A DNA stretch of 64,000 nt. Origin: Saprospiraceae bacterium. Its GTDB lineage: Bacteria > Bacteroidota > Bacteroidia > Chitinophagales > Saprospiraceae. Each line of letters starts with the position of its first letter. The stretch's first letter is position 1. The translations under genes and the position numbers were made by a program. Shown piece by piece: positions 29,454-38,642 of the stretch. The notes under the pieces were generated by a model. It was not told the origin of the DNA and ran no database searches. It saw nothing but the letters and a program-made list of their open reading frames with translations. The DNA lies in assembly GCA_016787525.1 (NCBI GenBank), contig JAEUUP010000027.1:3058-67057 (forward strand), read 5' to 3'.

Positions 29454-29912
29454 TTTTGCAAGTTGCAACGCACTTTTGCAAGTTGCAACGGACTTTTGCA
29501 ACTTGCAAAGGACTTTTGCAAATTGCAACGCACTTTTGTAAGTTGCAAAGGACTTTTGCAAGCTGCAACGCACTTTTGCAAATTGCAACGCACTTTTGCA
29601 AGCTGCAAAACACTTTTGCAAATTGCAACGCACTTTTGTAAGTTGCAAAGGACTTTTGCAAGCTGCAAAGGACTTTTGCAAGTTGCAACGCACTTTTGCA
29701 AGTTGCAACGCACTTTTGCAAGTTGCAACGGACTTTTCCAAGTTGCAAAGGACTTTTGCAAGTTGCAAAGGACTTTTCCAAGCTGCAACGCACTTTTGCA
29801 AGCTGCAACGCACTTTTGCAGCTTGCAACGCACTTTTGCAAATTGCAACGCACTTTTGCAAGCTGCAAAACACTTTTGCAAATTGCAAAAACCTTTTGCA
29901 CGCTGCAAAAAC
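29454..29912. repeat. Tandem array of ~23 units of a 20-bp repeat TTGCAAGTTGCAACGCACTT (variants GCAAAGGACTT / GCAACGGACTT / TTGCAAGCTG / TTGCAAATTG)
   Basis: Directly visible periodicity. Each unit carries the palindromic hexamer TTGCAA twice (GTTGCAAC is also self-complementary). All six reading frames are open across the array, which is a non-coding hallmark. Confidence 0.9.
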
Positions 29913-30141
29913 CGCTATAAGTGGGTAAAATGACTAAATGACCTGCGGCAAACCCTTTGGGCATGAATATGAGTTCAATTAAATGCTATCGTTAAGCTAA
30001 AAACGGACGTGTCTGAAGGACTCTTTTGGAGAAATACAGAAATCAGAGACCCCTCAGTATTAGAGAAACCAAACTCCAAAATAGTCCTTTGGATAGTGTC
30101 GTTCGTTTGTGTCAGCGGGATAAGCACATTGTATAATTAAC

Positions 30142-31191
30142 TTACTCATTGATATGGTTAGTATAAAATATCGCAAAGCCAATAAACATCGATAGAATCA
30201 TAAAAAATCGAAAACCAACTCCATCTTCTGCATAAGCATGTCCACCGCTGTTGATATATTCTGATAATGTGTAATAAACGGTTTTCGAAGTTGTTTTTTC
30301 TATTTGACAAGGTTCGATAAATTCATATTTATCAAAAAAATCTTTCCACGTAGGCTTAACTGTTTGAGCGATTTTATAATTGAAATCTCTTTTAGTAATC
30401 ATCAAACGCAAGGAATCGCGTAAGATGATTGGGTCGTTTTTTAAATTTTTATTCGATAAAGCTTTGAACGCAGCACCGTCAATAGTAAACCTAAAATCGG
30501 CATATTGGGCTAATTTCAAATCGTACCAATGAGAGTTTTTATTGCGTCTTTCCATAAATTCAGATACTGTACCAACAATAGCTACAACATTGTTATTGTT
30601 AAGCGGAGGTTCGGGTTTATAATCAGAATTGATAATAAAGTTAAAAATCAGTAACAAAAGGCTTGATAAGGCAATGCCAATGCCTAATTTACGATAATTT
30701 CGACGAGAAAATATATTTGTACAATTAACATCCTGTTTTGCAAAGTGTGTAATTAATTCTGAAATAGTTTTAAACTCATCATGAGATGAACAACTTTCTG
30801 ATGACATTTGAAAGTATTGGTTATCAACTGTTTGACAATTTAAAATATACCAAGTGCCGTTTTTCCCTTTATGAATATCAATGTCGTAGTTGATAATGTC
30901 TTTATATAGAATTTGGGTTCTTTTGCTTCTAAATCGTTTATAGCTAATTAGAAAAGTATCATAAAAATCGAAACAATCTTTTTGAAAATAACGCCATAAA
31001 AAATAAGACATAATAATAATACAGGAGCAATTGAAAGACACAAAAGTCAAATTAGGATACTTTGTCGTTAATATATAAAATGCTAAAATAAAAAGCCCCA
31101 AAATCCCAGAACCTAAAAGTATAGGTGCTATTAAAGATGGTCTATAATGGAATTTTGATATTTCAGATAATGATTTAGAAGATTCAGACAT
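30142..31191 (-). CDS. Hypothetical multi-pass membrane protein
   Basis: 349-aa ORF with several hydrophobic helices and no recognisable catalytic motif. Confidence 0.35.
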   Translation of the reverse strand: MSESSKSLSEISKFHYRPSLIAPILLGSGILGLFILAFYILTTKYPNLTFVSFNCSCIIIMSYFLWRYFQKDCFDFYDTFLISYKRFRSKRTQILYKDIINYDIDIHKGKNGTWYILNCQTVDNQYFQMSSESCSSHDEFKTISELITHFAKQDVNCTNIFSRRNYRKLGIGIALSSLLLLIFNFIINSDYKPEPPLNNNNVVAIVGTVSEFMERRNKNSHWYDLKLAQYADFRFTIDGAAFKALSNKNLKNDPIILRDSLRLMITKRDFNYKIAQTVKPTWKDFFDKYEFIEPCQIEKTTSKTVYYTLSEYINSGGHAYAEDGVGFRFFMILSMFIGFAIFYTNHINE

Positions 31192-31227
31192 ACTTGTTTT
31201 GATGATTAAAATTTAAGAAAAAGAGTG

Positions 31228-31647
31228 TCAAATGCTTTTAAAACATTTGACTATTTCAAAAAAACTTTGTACCATAAGATAAGCAGGATAATAAATGACT
31301 TTAAGGAAAATTAAAGTGCGATTGAAATCATCTGAATATCGAAATGGATGGTCAATCATACCACCCAATAAGCCGATATTGTCGTATCGTGGTTTAGCGT
31401 CAAAAATATAGCCAATTAGTAGATAAACAAGAAAGAATCCCAATCCTACAATGACATACTTAATCTTTACTGCTTGAAGATCCTGTTTGCTAAACTCAAA
31501 AATATAGTAAACACATACCCAAAAACAAATTTGTCCTAAAATGAGGATGAGAAAATTAATGGGTTCATTGGGTTTATTTTCTCGTACTTTAACGCTTCCT
31601 GTCGGATGTGTTTTTTTAGCTTCCCATAGCCATTCAATTACACTCAT
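31228..31647 (-). CDS. Hypothetical small membrane protein
   Basis: 139 aa with 3-4 predicted TM helices. Confidence 0.35.
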   Translation of the reverse strand: MSVIEWLWEAKKTHPTGSVKVRENKPNEPINFLILILGQICFWVCVYYIFEFSKQDLQAVKIKYVIVGLGFFLVYLLIGYIFDAKPRYDNIGLLGGMIDHPFRYSDDFNRTLIFLKVIYYPAYLMVQSFFEIVKCFKSI

Positions 31648-31742
31648 TTCGCAATAGTTGGTTAGAAATTATGTGATTGTGATACGAAATGTATAAGTTC
31701 GGGAAACTTAAAATTTCCCGAACTTATGACACCCCTCAGTAT

Positions 31743-33614
31743 TTACGCCTCAGGCAACTCCTTCTTATCCTTACCCCAAGACTCCAACAACTTCAAACCG
31801 AGTAAATCTAAGACGCTGCCGCCCCCCTCAGTACCACCGCCTGCGATAAGCACATCGGGTATGATTTTGACACCTTCTTTACCGATGGTTTCGGTGACTT
31901 TCATCTTCACAAAGCCGTCGGCACCGATGCTTTTCACTTGCAATTCGTAGGCTTCGGCGTTGGATTTACCGATGGCAAGGATTTTAGCGGCTTCGGCTTC
32001 ACCTGTGGCGCGGGTTCTTTCGGCTTCGGCGTTACCCATCATGCGGAGTTTCTCGGCTTCGGCATTGGCGATGAGTTTCACACGTTGCGATTCGGCTTCG
32101 GCTTGTACTTTTGTGCTGGTCGCTTCACCATTCGCTTTTTTCACCGCTGCATCTGCCACCCGTTCAGCGATTTGTACGCCTTGTTGGGCTTGCACGATTT
32201 GCTTTTGCATATCCGCCACAGCTGTTTCTTTTTCGAGTGTTTGGCGGGTTTCTTGCGCCATGCGTTGAGTCTCGTAAGTGACTTTTTGCTCTTCGGCAAT
32301 TTTACGGTCAGTCAATGTTTTCATCAATGATTCAGGCGGCACGATGTCGCCAATCAAGGTGTCCACGCCATTGACATTGTATTGTTCCAACACTTCGCTG
32401 ATGTGCTTTTTGGCGGAGTCTTGGCGTTCTTTACGTTGAGTCAAGAACGAAATCACATCTGCTGTTTGCGCCGAGTTACGGAAATAGTTACCAATCGTTG
32501 GCTCAAGCACTTGACTGACTAAGTTGAGCATTGTACCAAATCGCGCAATCACTTTGGGTGCTTCATAACTTGGAATGTGAATGATCTGCGAAACGTCCAA
32601 ATTGAATGGGAAACCATCGCGAGAACGCACTGTTATCGTTGACAAATGTCTGTCGAGATTGTGGCTTTCGTTGCGTGCTGTTGCCCAGTTCAACACCAAG
32701 TTAGTAGTCGGCACAAGTTCAACTTTCATAATGTACGGATTCAGAGGATATTTGCCTGGCCCGAGTGGCTCGTTCCACACGCCTTTGTGACCTTTGCCAA
32801 CAATATTACCATGTTTGAAATCTTCGCCACTGACATCCGTACCGTCGGGACCAACATAAGAGTTGACAACGCCCACTGTACCAATCGGAATCAAAACCAT
32901 ATCTACTTGTTCGATTTGCACAAACCATGGGTTGAAGGTGTACATACCAGCCAAGACAATTTGTTGTTGCAAACCTCTGCGCCCACCGTTTTTCAAGAAC
33001 ACATCGGCATCTTGGAAATTGTTATGTCCTTTGATGTCGTGTCCTGCGATTTGCCCTGCATCGAGTGGGTCGCCGTCGAGTGTGGTAATGATACCGACTT
33101 TGTTTTCCCCAATTTTGGTCATTTCGGTCAAAACGATTTCAAACAAGAAGGTATTGATACGATACGTACCTGCGGTGATGATGGCCGCTTGGCGACCTTT
33201 TTGACCACCATTTTTCAGGAACATTTCGGCATCTTGAAAGGAATCGGAAGGAACAGATTGGGCCAAAACGCGACCTTTAGGTAATTCGGCACCATCTTTT
33301 GCCACAATCAGACCAATTTGTCCCGAAGGAATAATCATCAGAGGTTGCAAAGTGATTTCGTATTGCCAAATCCACATACCAAAGTGCAAACCCGGCGGCA
33401 ATGTCTGAGCTTGATAACCTGCCTCCCCCTCAGTAGCAATGATGCGGCCTGCGGGCAATTCTTTTTTATCGCCAAAAAGGACGAATTTTTTTGTTACAAG
33501 ACCGATTTTATCCTCTGGAACAATCACTAAACCGAGTAATTGGAAGATATAACGGCGCAAGAGAATGAGGATGACCAATGCAGGTATCCACCAGAAATTC
33601 AATAAATTATCCAT
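31743..33614 (-). CDS. Flotillin-like SPFH/band-7 domain protein
   Basis: 623 aa. N-terminal TM, tandem SPFH regions, and a C-terminal Ala/Glu-rich coiled coil (AEAESQRVKLIANAEAEKLRMMGNAEAERTRATGEAEAAKILA) typical of flotillin/YqiK. Confidence 0.75.
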   Translation of the reverse strand: MDNLLNFWWIPALVILILLRRYIFQLLGLVIVPEDKIGLVTKKFVLFGDKKELPAGRIIATEGEAGYQAQTLPPGLHFGMWIWQYEITLQPLMIIPSGQIGLIVAKDGAELPKGRVLAQSVPSDSFQDAEMFLKNGGQKGRQAAIITAGTYRINTFLFEIVLTEMTKIGENKVGIITTLDGDPLDAGQIAGHDIKGHNNFQDADVFLKNGGRRGLQQQIVLAGMYTFNPWFVQIEQVDMVLIPIGTVGVVNSYVGPDGTDVSGEDFKHGNIVGKGHKGVWNEPLGPGKYPLNPYIMKVELVPTTNLVLNWATARNESHNLDRHLSTITVRSRDGFPFNLDVSQIIHIPSYEAPKVIARFGTMLNLVSQVLEPTIGNYFRNSAQTADVISFLTQRKERQDSAKKHISEVLEQYNVNGVDTLIGDIVPPESLMKTLTDRKIAEEQKVTYETQRMAQETRQTLEKETAVADMQKQIVQAQQGVQIAERVADAAVKKANGEATSTKVQAEAESQRVKLIANAEAEKLRMMGNAEAERTRATGEAEAAKILAIGKSNAEAYELQVKSIGADGFVKMKVTETIGKEGVKIIPDVLIAGGGTEGGGSVLDLLGLKLLESWGKDKKELPEA

Positions 33615-34040
33615 GATTTTTTTTGTTTTTTAAAGTTTTTGAAAATGGTTAGTCGTTAGTTATTGATTCGCTTATGGTGAATAATAACGGATATACGAAT
33701 CAAACAACAGGCGGCGGGTGGTCGAGCGGCAGTTGCAGGTGAAATAAAGGAATGATGGACATTTGGGTTGTTTTAGTTTGTGAATGAAACTGTGTCAAAA
33801 TTGTGCTTCTATTAATTTTTCATAAAGATAGCAAGACAACCAATCCATGTTTTATTAAATTCCCTGCTGCCGACGAAAGAGCAGTTATTAACGACTAAAT
33901 GAAGTATAAATCGGTCAGATGTGAATTTTTTGTTAAAAAGAGACAAAACATACTGAGGGGGGTATTTTTGAAGAATGAACTTTTTTAATTGGGTTGTGCT
34001 TCTTTGTGAAAATCATTATTCACTTTAAAAAACGATAATT

Positions 34041-34712
34041 ATGAAAAAAAGCACCTTGTTTTCCTTAATTCTATTCTTAGCCTCTCAATCACTCGTTTTT
34101 GCACAAGATGTGTGCGAAGAAATGATGAAATTCAATGATTATGCAAAAAATCACAACCGCACTTCCCGAATGACAATGACTATGTCTCCTATGGGTCAAA
34201 CACAGATTACAGAATCCGACGGCAAAGGCAGATTTCACATGACCATGGCGATGGAAACACCTATGCAATTGAAAATGGAAAGTGTGCTTACGGGCAATCA
34301 GCTGTACACCAAAAAAGATGATGAAGATTGGAAAGCACAAGATTTGGATAGTGTGCAAATCGCAAGTATGAAACAAAAGTGGCAAAACAACCAGCTTCAG
34401 TTTTTCAAAAATTGCAAAAAACTGGACAATGAAACCATTGGTGGACAAGAATATCGTGTCTATTCAGGCGATTTTGATTACGAAAAAATGCGTGATTACA
34501 TGGGGCAAAACAATGAAGCACAACAAAGTTTAGCCATGTTGCAAAATATGGATATAAAAATGACTTTTTATGTCAACAAGAAAGATGATTTGGAAAGAGC
34601 CAAAATGAAAATGAATGTGCAAGGTATGAGTATTGATGCAGATATGGTTTATGAATATGATTTGCCCATTGTCATTAATATTCCGCCACCGCCAGCACCC
34701 AAAAAAGACTAA
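34041..34712 (+). CDS. Secreted Met-rich hypothetical protein
   Basis: Signal peptide. MTMTMSPM, HMTMAMETPM and similar Met-rich motifs. Confidence 0.4.
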   Translation: MKKSTLFSLILFLASQSLVFAQDVCEEMMKFNDYAKNHNRTSRMTMTMSPMGQTQITESDGKGRFHMTMAMETPMQLKMESVLTGNQLYTKKDDEDWKAQDLDSVQIASMKQKWQNNQLQFFKNCKKLDNETIGGQEYRVYSGDFDYEKMRDYMGQNNEAQQSLAMLQNMDIKMTFYVNKKDDLERAKMKMNVQGMSIDADMVYEYDLPIVINIPPPPAPKKD

Positions 34713-34784
34713 AAAGATGGAGATACTGAGGGGGTAAAACAAAAAAGGCAGCTTGCAAATGAATGCAAACTGCCTTTTGTTGTG

Positions 34785-35173
34785 TGGAGCTGGAGGGCAT
34801 CGAACCCTCGTCCGGTCAAAGCATCAGAGAGCTTTCTACATGTTTAGTCGCCATATTTGTTTTTTCGAGCTGTGGGGAGGTTGGGCGACACACCCAGACC
34901 GCAGCCTTATCTCTTTGGATTTCGCCAACAGCCAGAGCGCTCTGTTAACTATTCTGATTAGGGATGATACGCCGCACGGCAGAAATCAGACAATCTGCGA
35001 AGACCACGTAGGTCGTGTGCTGAGCGCAAAGGCATTCTAACTCCTAGAATTAGGCTGCCATGGCATATTGATAGTTGCCAGCTGTAGTTTAAAGTACCGT
35101 TTTACGGGAGGTAACATCATAGCCCGACATGCTTACTAACCAATTCACTTTCCCGTCGAATCCAGTCAGCCCC
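34785..35173 (-). ncRNA. ssrA: tmRNA (SsrA), predicted tag approximately A-GNYQYAMAA
   Basis: Reverse complement starts GGGGCTGACTGGATTCGACGGG and ends GGACGAGGGTTCGATGCCCTCCAGCTCCA, which are the canonical tmRNA 5' end and tRNA-like 3' end. The internal reading frame GCT GGC AAC TAT CAA TAT GCC ATG GCA GCC TAA follows an in-frame stop. Confidence 0.85.
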
Positions 35174-35416
35174 ATTTTTTAAAGAACTTTTCCCTAAAAA
35201 GGGACACAAAGATAACAGTTTTTGAAAAATAAAGGTTCATTTTTTATTTTGAAAACCAAGAATCTTCAAGACATTTTAAAATCCGAAATACTAAAGGGGT
35301 TAAATAACTGTTAAAAGACGAGTTAATGGGCGTTTTGTTTTTATTTTTGTTCAAAATTCTAAAAAATTGTATCAACAGTTTTTTTATATCAAAAATAGTT
35401 GCTCAATCCACAGAAC

Positions 35417-36850
35417 ATGAATCAAAAAGCAATTTGGGTTATCATTGGGTTAATGTCGTTGGCGGTTATCGGGGTACTGTCATTGCAGATGAGTTTTATC
35501 AACAACAGCCGTCGGTTGAACGAAGAACAGTTCGATAAACACATCTCTGCCAGTATGCGAACAGTTGCCAAACGGCTTGAAAATGTGGAGAACATCCAAG
35601 TTACGAACTTTGCTAATGGCTTCTCCATCAAGCACTTAGAGGTAGATACATCCAATGGTAGTTTTCGCTATCAACAACGAACTATGATGTCGAATGACCC
35701 CTCAGTATTGCGCCAAACGATGGATGCCGTTCAGTTGAAACAAGAAATGTTCAATACTCCCATCGAAGAGCGCATTGATGTGGTGCAACTCGACCATTTT
35801 TTGAAAGAAGAATTGGGCAGTGATATTCCATTCAGCTACGGTGTCTGGTCGAATGGTGACAACTGTTTTGTCATTTTCAATAACCAATATATCGTTCCGA
35901 CTCAAAATCAAGTTGACTACCGCTATTTGAAATCCTCGGAATACAAAACCAATCTGTTTCCCACTGATATCAATAACCCTGGTACGTTACATGTTTTTTT
36001 TCCTACCAAATCCGCCGTTGTTTGGGGGCGTTTGTGGCTCGATTTGCTGATGTCTCTTTTGTTTGCTGCCATCATTTTGGGTTCTTTTGCCTACACGATT
36101 AATGTCATTTTGCAACAGAAAAAGTTATCTGAAATGAAAAATGACTTTATCAACAATATGACACACGAGTTCAAAACGCCGATTGCAACTATTTCCTTAG
36201 CTTCTGACTCCATCACCAACCCCTCAGTCATCAACAATCCTGACAAAGTCAAACGTTTTGCCGACATCATTCGCCAAGAAAATAAACGAATGCACGGTCA
36301 GGTCGAAAAAGTGTTGCAAATGGCACTGGTAGAACGAGGTAAAATTAAGTTGAACTTCACAGAGGTTAATTTACATCAAGTTATCGAGCAAGCTGTCGGC
36401 AATATGAGCCTACAAGTTGAACGCAAAGATGGCACTGTTGCAGCCGAACTTCGAGCAGACAAACATTATATTGAAGGTGATTTAAATCATATTTCAAATG
36501 TGATCAACAATCTTTTGGACAACGCTAATAAATATTCGCCCGAAAAACCAGAGATAATCGTCTCTACCCGCAATGTTGCCAATGGTATCGAGGTCACCGT
36601 GTCGGATAAAGGCATTGGTATGTCGAAAGAAGCGAAAAAGCGTATTTTCGAGAAGTTTTACCGTGTCCATACAGGCAATTTGCACGATGTCAAAGGTTTT
36701 GGTTTGGGTTTGGCTTACGTCAAAGCGATGGTGACAGCGCACAAAGGTTCAATTGATGTCAAATCGGAATTGGGTAAAGGTTCAAGTTTTATCCTACTTT
36801 TCCCTTTCAAAGTTGGTCAAGACTCCGTTGAACATGAGGAAGAGGGCTGA
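35417..36850 (+). CDS. Sensor histidine kinase (two TM, HisKA + HATPase_c)
   Basis: H-box MTHEFKTPIATI, N-box NLLDNANKYS, G-boxes DKGIGM and GFGLGL. Confidence 0.75.
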   Translation: MNQKAIWVIIGLMSLAVIGVLSLQMSFINNSRRLNEEQFDKHISASMRTVAKRLENVENIQVTNFANGFSIKHLEVDTSNGSFRYQQRTMMSNDPSVLRQTMDAVQLKQEMFNTPIEERIDVVQLDHFLKEELGSDIPFSYGVWSNGDNCFVIFNNQYIVPTQNQVDYRYLKSSEYKTNLFPTDINNPGTLHVFFPTKSAVVWGRLWLDLLMSLLFAAIILGSFAYTINVILQQKKLSEMKNDFINNMTHEFKTPIATISLASDSITNPSVINNPDKVKRFADIIRQENKRMHGQVEKVLQMALVERGKIKLNFTEVNLHQVIEQAVGNMSLQVERKDGTVAAELRADKHYIEGDLNHISNVINNLLDNANKYSPEKPEIIVSTRNVANGIEVTVSDKGIGMSKEAKKRIFEKFYRVHTGNLHDVKGFGLGLAYVKAMVTAHKGSIDVKSELGKGSSFILLFPFKVGQDSVEHEEEG

Positions 36851-37147
36851 AGAAAAAGCTCCCTCAGAAGCTGTTTTAAAACCTATAAACACTATTTTTG
36901 ACTGTTTTTCTGCTCCGAAGGAGTCCCTTTGGACAAGCAGAAAAAAGCGTGCTTTGTTATATTTCCTTCGGAGCGAAGCTATTTTTTGATGTTTTTCGCA
37001 AGCGAAAAACATCAAAAAATAGCTTCGCTCCATAAAAGACCATTCTTGTACGCTTTTTTTCGCTTGTCCAAAGGACTCCTTCGGAGCGAAAAAACAGTGC
37101 GTGATTGTTCGATTAGGTTTTAAAATAGCTTCTGAGGGAGCTTTTTC
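36851..37147. mobile_element. ~300-bp nested-palindrome MITE-like element (full copy)
   Basis: Outer 32-bp IRs GAAAAAGCTCCCTCAGAAGCTGTTTTAAAACC (36851) and GGTTTTAAAATAGCTTCTGAGGGAGCTTTTTCC (37115). Inside is the REP-like core forward (36901-36950) and reverse (37051-37099), flanking a perfect 31-bp-arm central hairpin (CGGAGCGAAGCTATTTTTTGATGTTTTTCGC | GCGAAAAACATCAAAAAATAGCTTCGCTCCG). The element begins at the histidine kinase stop codon. Confidence 0.6.
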
Positions 37148-37290
37148 CATATTTCATAACTCATATTTGATTTATACCACCCCCTCAGTATTTTGCCCGT
37201 TTTAAAAGATAAAATGGGCGAACACCTGTATTTTATCGTATTTTTGCCCTTTCAAAAACTTATTTACATGACATCAATTTCACAACACTC

Positions 37291-38364
37291 ATGAGGAAAC
37301 CACCATTTCTATTGGCTTTCGCACTATTAGCATTCGTTGCCTGTGTTCCTGTAAAAAAACCTGAAGACGACATAAAACCTGAAGACGCTGTTTGGCAAAT
37401 GGTTGCTGATATAAACGCTTCTGACAGTCAAATTAGGTCTATCTATGCCACACCATTTGAAATCTATTTTGCATCCGATAGTTACCTTTTTCGATTAGAT
37501 ACCGCTTTCAAATTGCTCGAAAAAAGGATTCTAACGCCTATTGACCGTTCGCCCTATCGTCGAGTTATTATGAGTGACAACACGTTCACACGACTCTATC
37601 AAGGTGCGTCGGGTGCTTATACATTAGAGTTTAGGCACACCCGTAATTCCAATGTAATCAAACGTTTTACAACAACTGAATTGGTGGACACTGCCAGAAG
37701 GGAAACTTTCGATATGGAAACCAATATCCGTCAATATGGCTGCTACAACAGCGATGGCACTAAATTCATGCTGCCAGGTCGCCTTTTGCCCGCCAATAAG
37801 CCTTATGTGCTGCTTTTAGATGTCAATTTGACTTTTTTGCAGGATGACATAGCAAGTGTCAAAGTCGCCAAACGAGTCGAGTTGCCTAATTTGAATATTG
37901 ATAAATTTGAATCTTTCCGCTATTTGAATGGCAATTTTTATATCGCCACTTATGAAGGCGGTTTTCGTATCACGCCTGATGGGCAAGTACGCAAATTGTT
38001 CAATAATTGGGTCAAAGACTTCTTTGCCATTGGCGACAAACTCTATGTGACTGGCGGCGGTGACTACGATTTTCAAACATCCACCGACAATGGTTTGACA
38101 TGGAAACGTTCTCTGCCCAGTTCTTTAAAATACATCGAAACAGCCAATAACAAGGTTTTCTCACATGCTTTGACGGGTTTACCTTTTGGTTTGGCAGATT
38201 CTTCGTTGACAAAAGTTCAACCTTTGAAATACAATACCGATATGACTTTTGGCAATGTTTCGGACTTTGATATTGCTTATTTCAAAGGACGTTATTTCAC
38301 TAATTCAAAATTAGGTAAAAATGAAGTGCATGTTTTTCTAACTAAAATATTGCAAACCAAATAA
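37291..38364 (+). CDS. Hypothetical lipoprotein
   Basis: 357 aa. Signal peptide with Cys (LAFVAC). Confidence 0.4.
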   Translation: MRKPPFLLAFALLAFVACVPVKKPEDDIKPEDAVWQMVADINASDSQIRSIYATPFEIYFASDSYLFRLDTAFKLLEKRILTPIDRSPYRRVIMSDNTFTRLYQGASGAYTLEFRHTRNSNVIKRFTTTELVDTARRETFDMETNIRQYGCYNSDGTKFMLPGRLLPANKPYVLLLDVNLTFLQDDIASVKVAKRVELPNLNIDKFESFRYLNGNFYIATYEGGFRITPDGQVRKLFNNWVKDFFAIGDKLYVTGGGDYDFQTSTDNGLTWKRSLPSSLKYIETANNKVFSHALTGLPFGLADSSLTKVQPLKYNTDMTFGNVSDFDIAYFKGRYFTNSKLGKNEVHVFLTKILQTK

Positions 38365-38380
38365 TTAGAGAAAAACTTTA

Positions 38381-38432
38381 CCCCTCAGTAAAAAAGCCTT
38401 CGCAAGCCTGTGAAGGCTTTTTTCATTTGTAG
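38381..38432. terminator. Motif-plus-hairpin terminator element (CCCCTCAGTAAAAAAGCCTTCGCAAGCCTGTGAAGGCTTTTTT)
   Basis: Uptake-like motif followed by a GC stem (AGCCTTCGCA...TGTGAAGGCT) and a T-run, immediately 3' of the + strand gene ending at 38364. Confidence 0.5.
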
Positions 38433-38642
38433 CACCATTGGTTTATTGCTCAAAAAAGAACGCTCAAAAGAAGAATTTGCCCTAAAAATTACTTTTGGTT
38501 TAAAAATTATGACCATTAGTTGAAGAGAATTGGCTCTAAAAGCCCGTTGCTGCACCTTTGTATCACAAAACAGCCAAACAAATTATGTGCGCTGTTTGCG
38601 ATAGTATCTTAAATTTCTAAATTTTCAAAAAACGTCTTTACG

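Noticed and set aside
29454-29912. Possible CRISPR array
   Set aside because: The units abut directly with no unique spacers, the 20-bp unit is too short, and no cas genes are nearby. It is a minisatellite-type tandem repeat, not CRISPR.
29350-29964. Six overlapping ORFs of 74-204 aa on both strands with Cys/Lys/Gln-rich periodic translations (CKSALQLAKVRCNLQK...)
   Set aside because: They are all artefacts of a 20-bp tandem DNA repeat that lacks stop codons. The period is not a multiple of 3, and all six frames stay open only inside the array, so I annotated it as a non-coding repeat.
26700-31700. Prophage or integrative element spanning the accessory block
   Set aside because: No integrase, no phage structural or replication genes, and no tRNA-adjacent attachment site are visible. 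I treated it as a small accessory island of membrane and hypothetical genes.
34753-35040. ORFs 34753..35040 (+) and 34763..34948 (+)
   Set aside because: They lie entirely within the tmRNA (ssrA) gene on the opposite strand.
36753-37150. ORFs 36753..36989 (+), 36794..37150 (-) and 36929..37123 (+)
   Set aside because: They are generated by the ~300-bp perfect palindrome of the MITE-like element. Mirror-image ORFs on both strands are the signature of an inverted repeat, not of genes.
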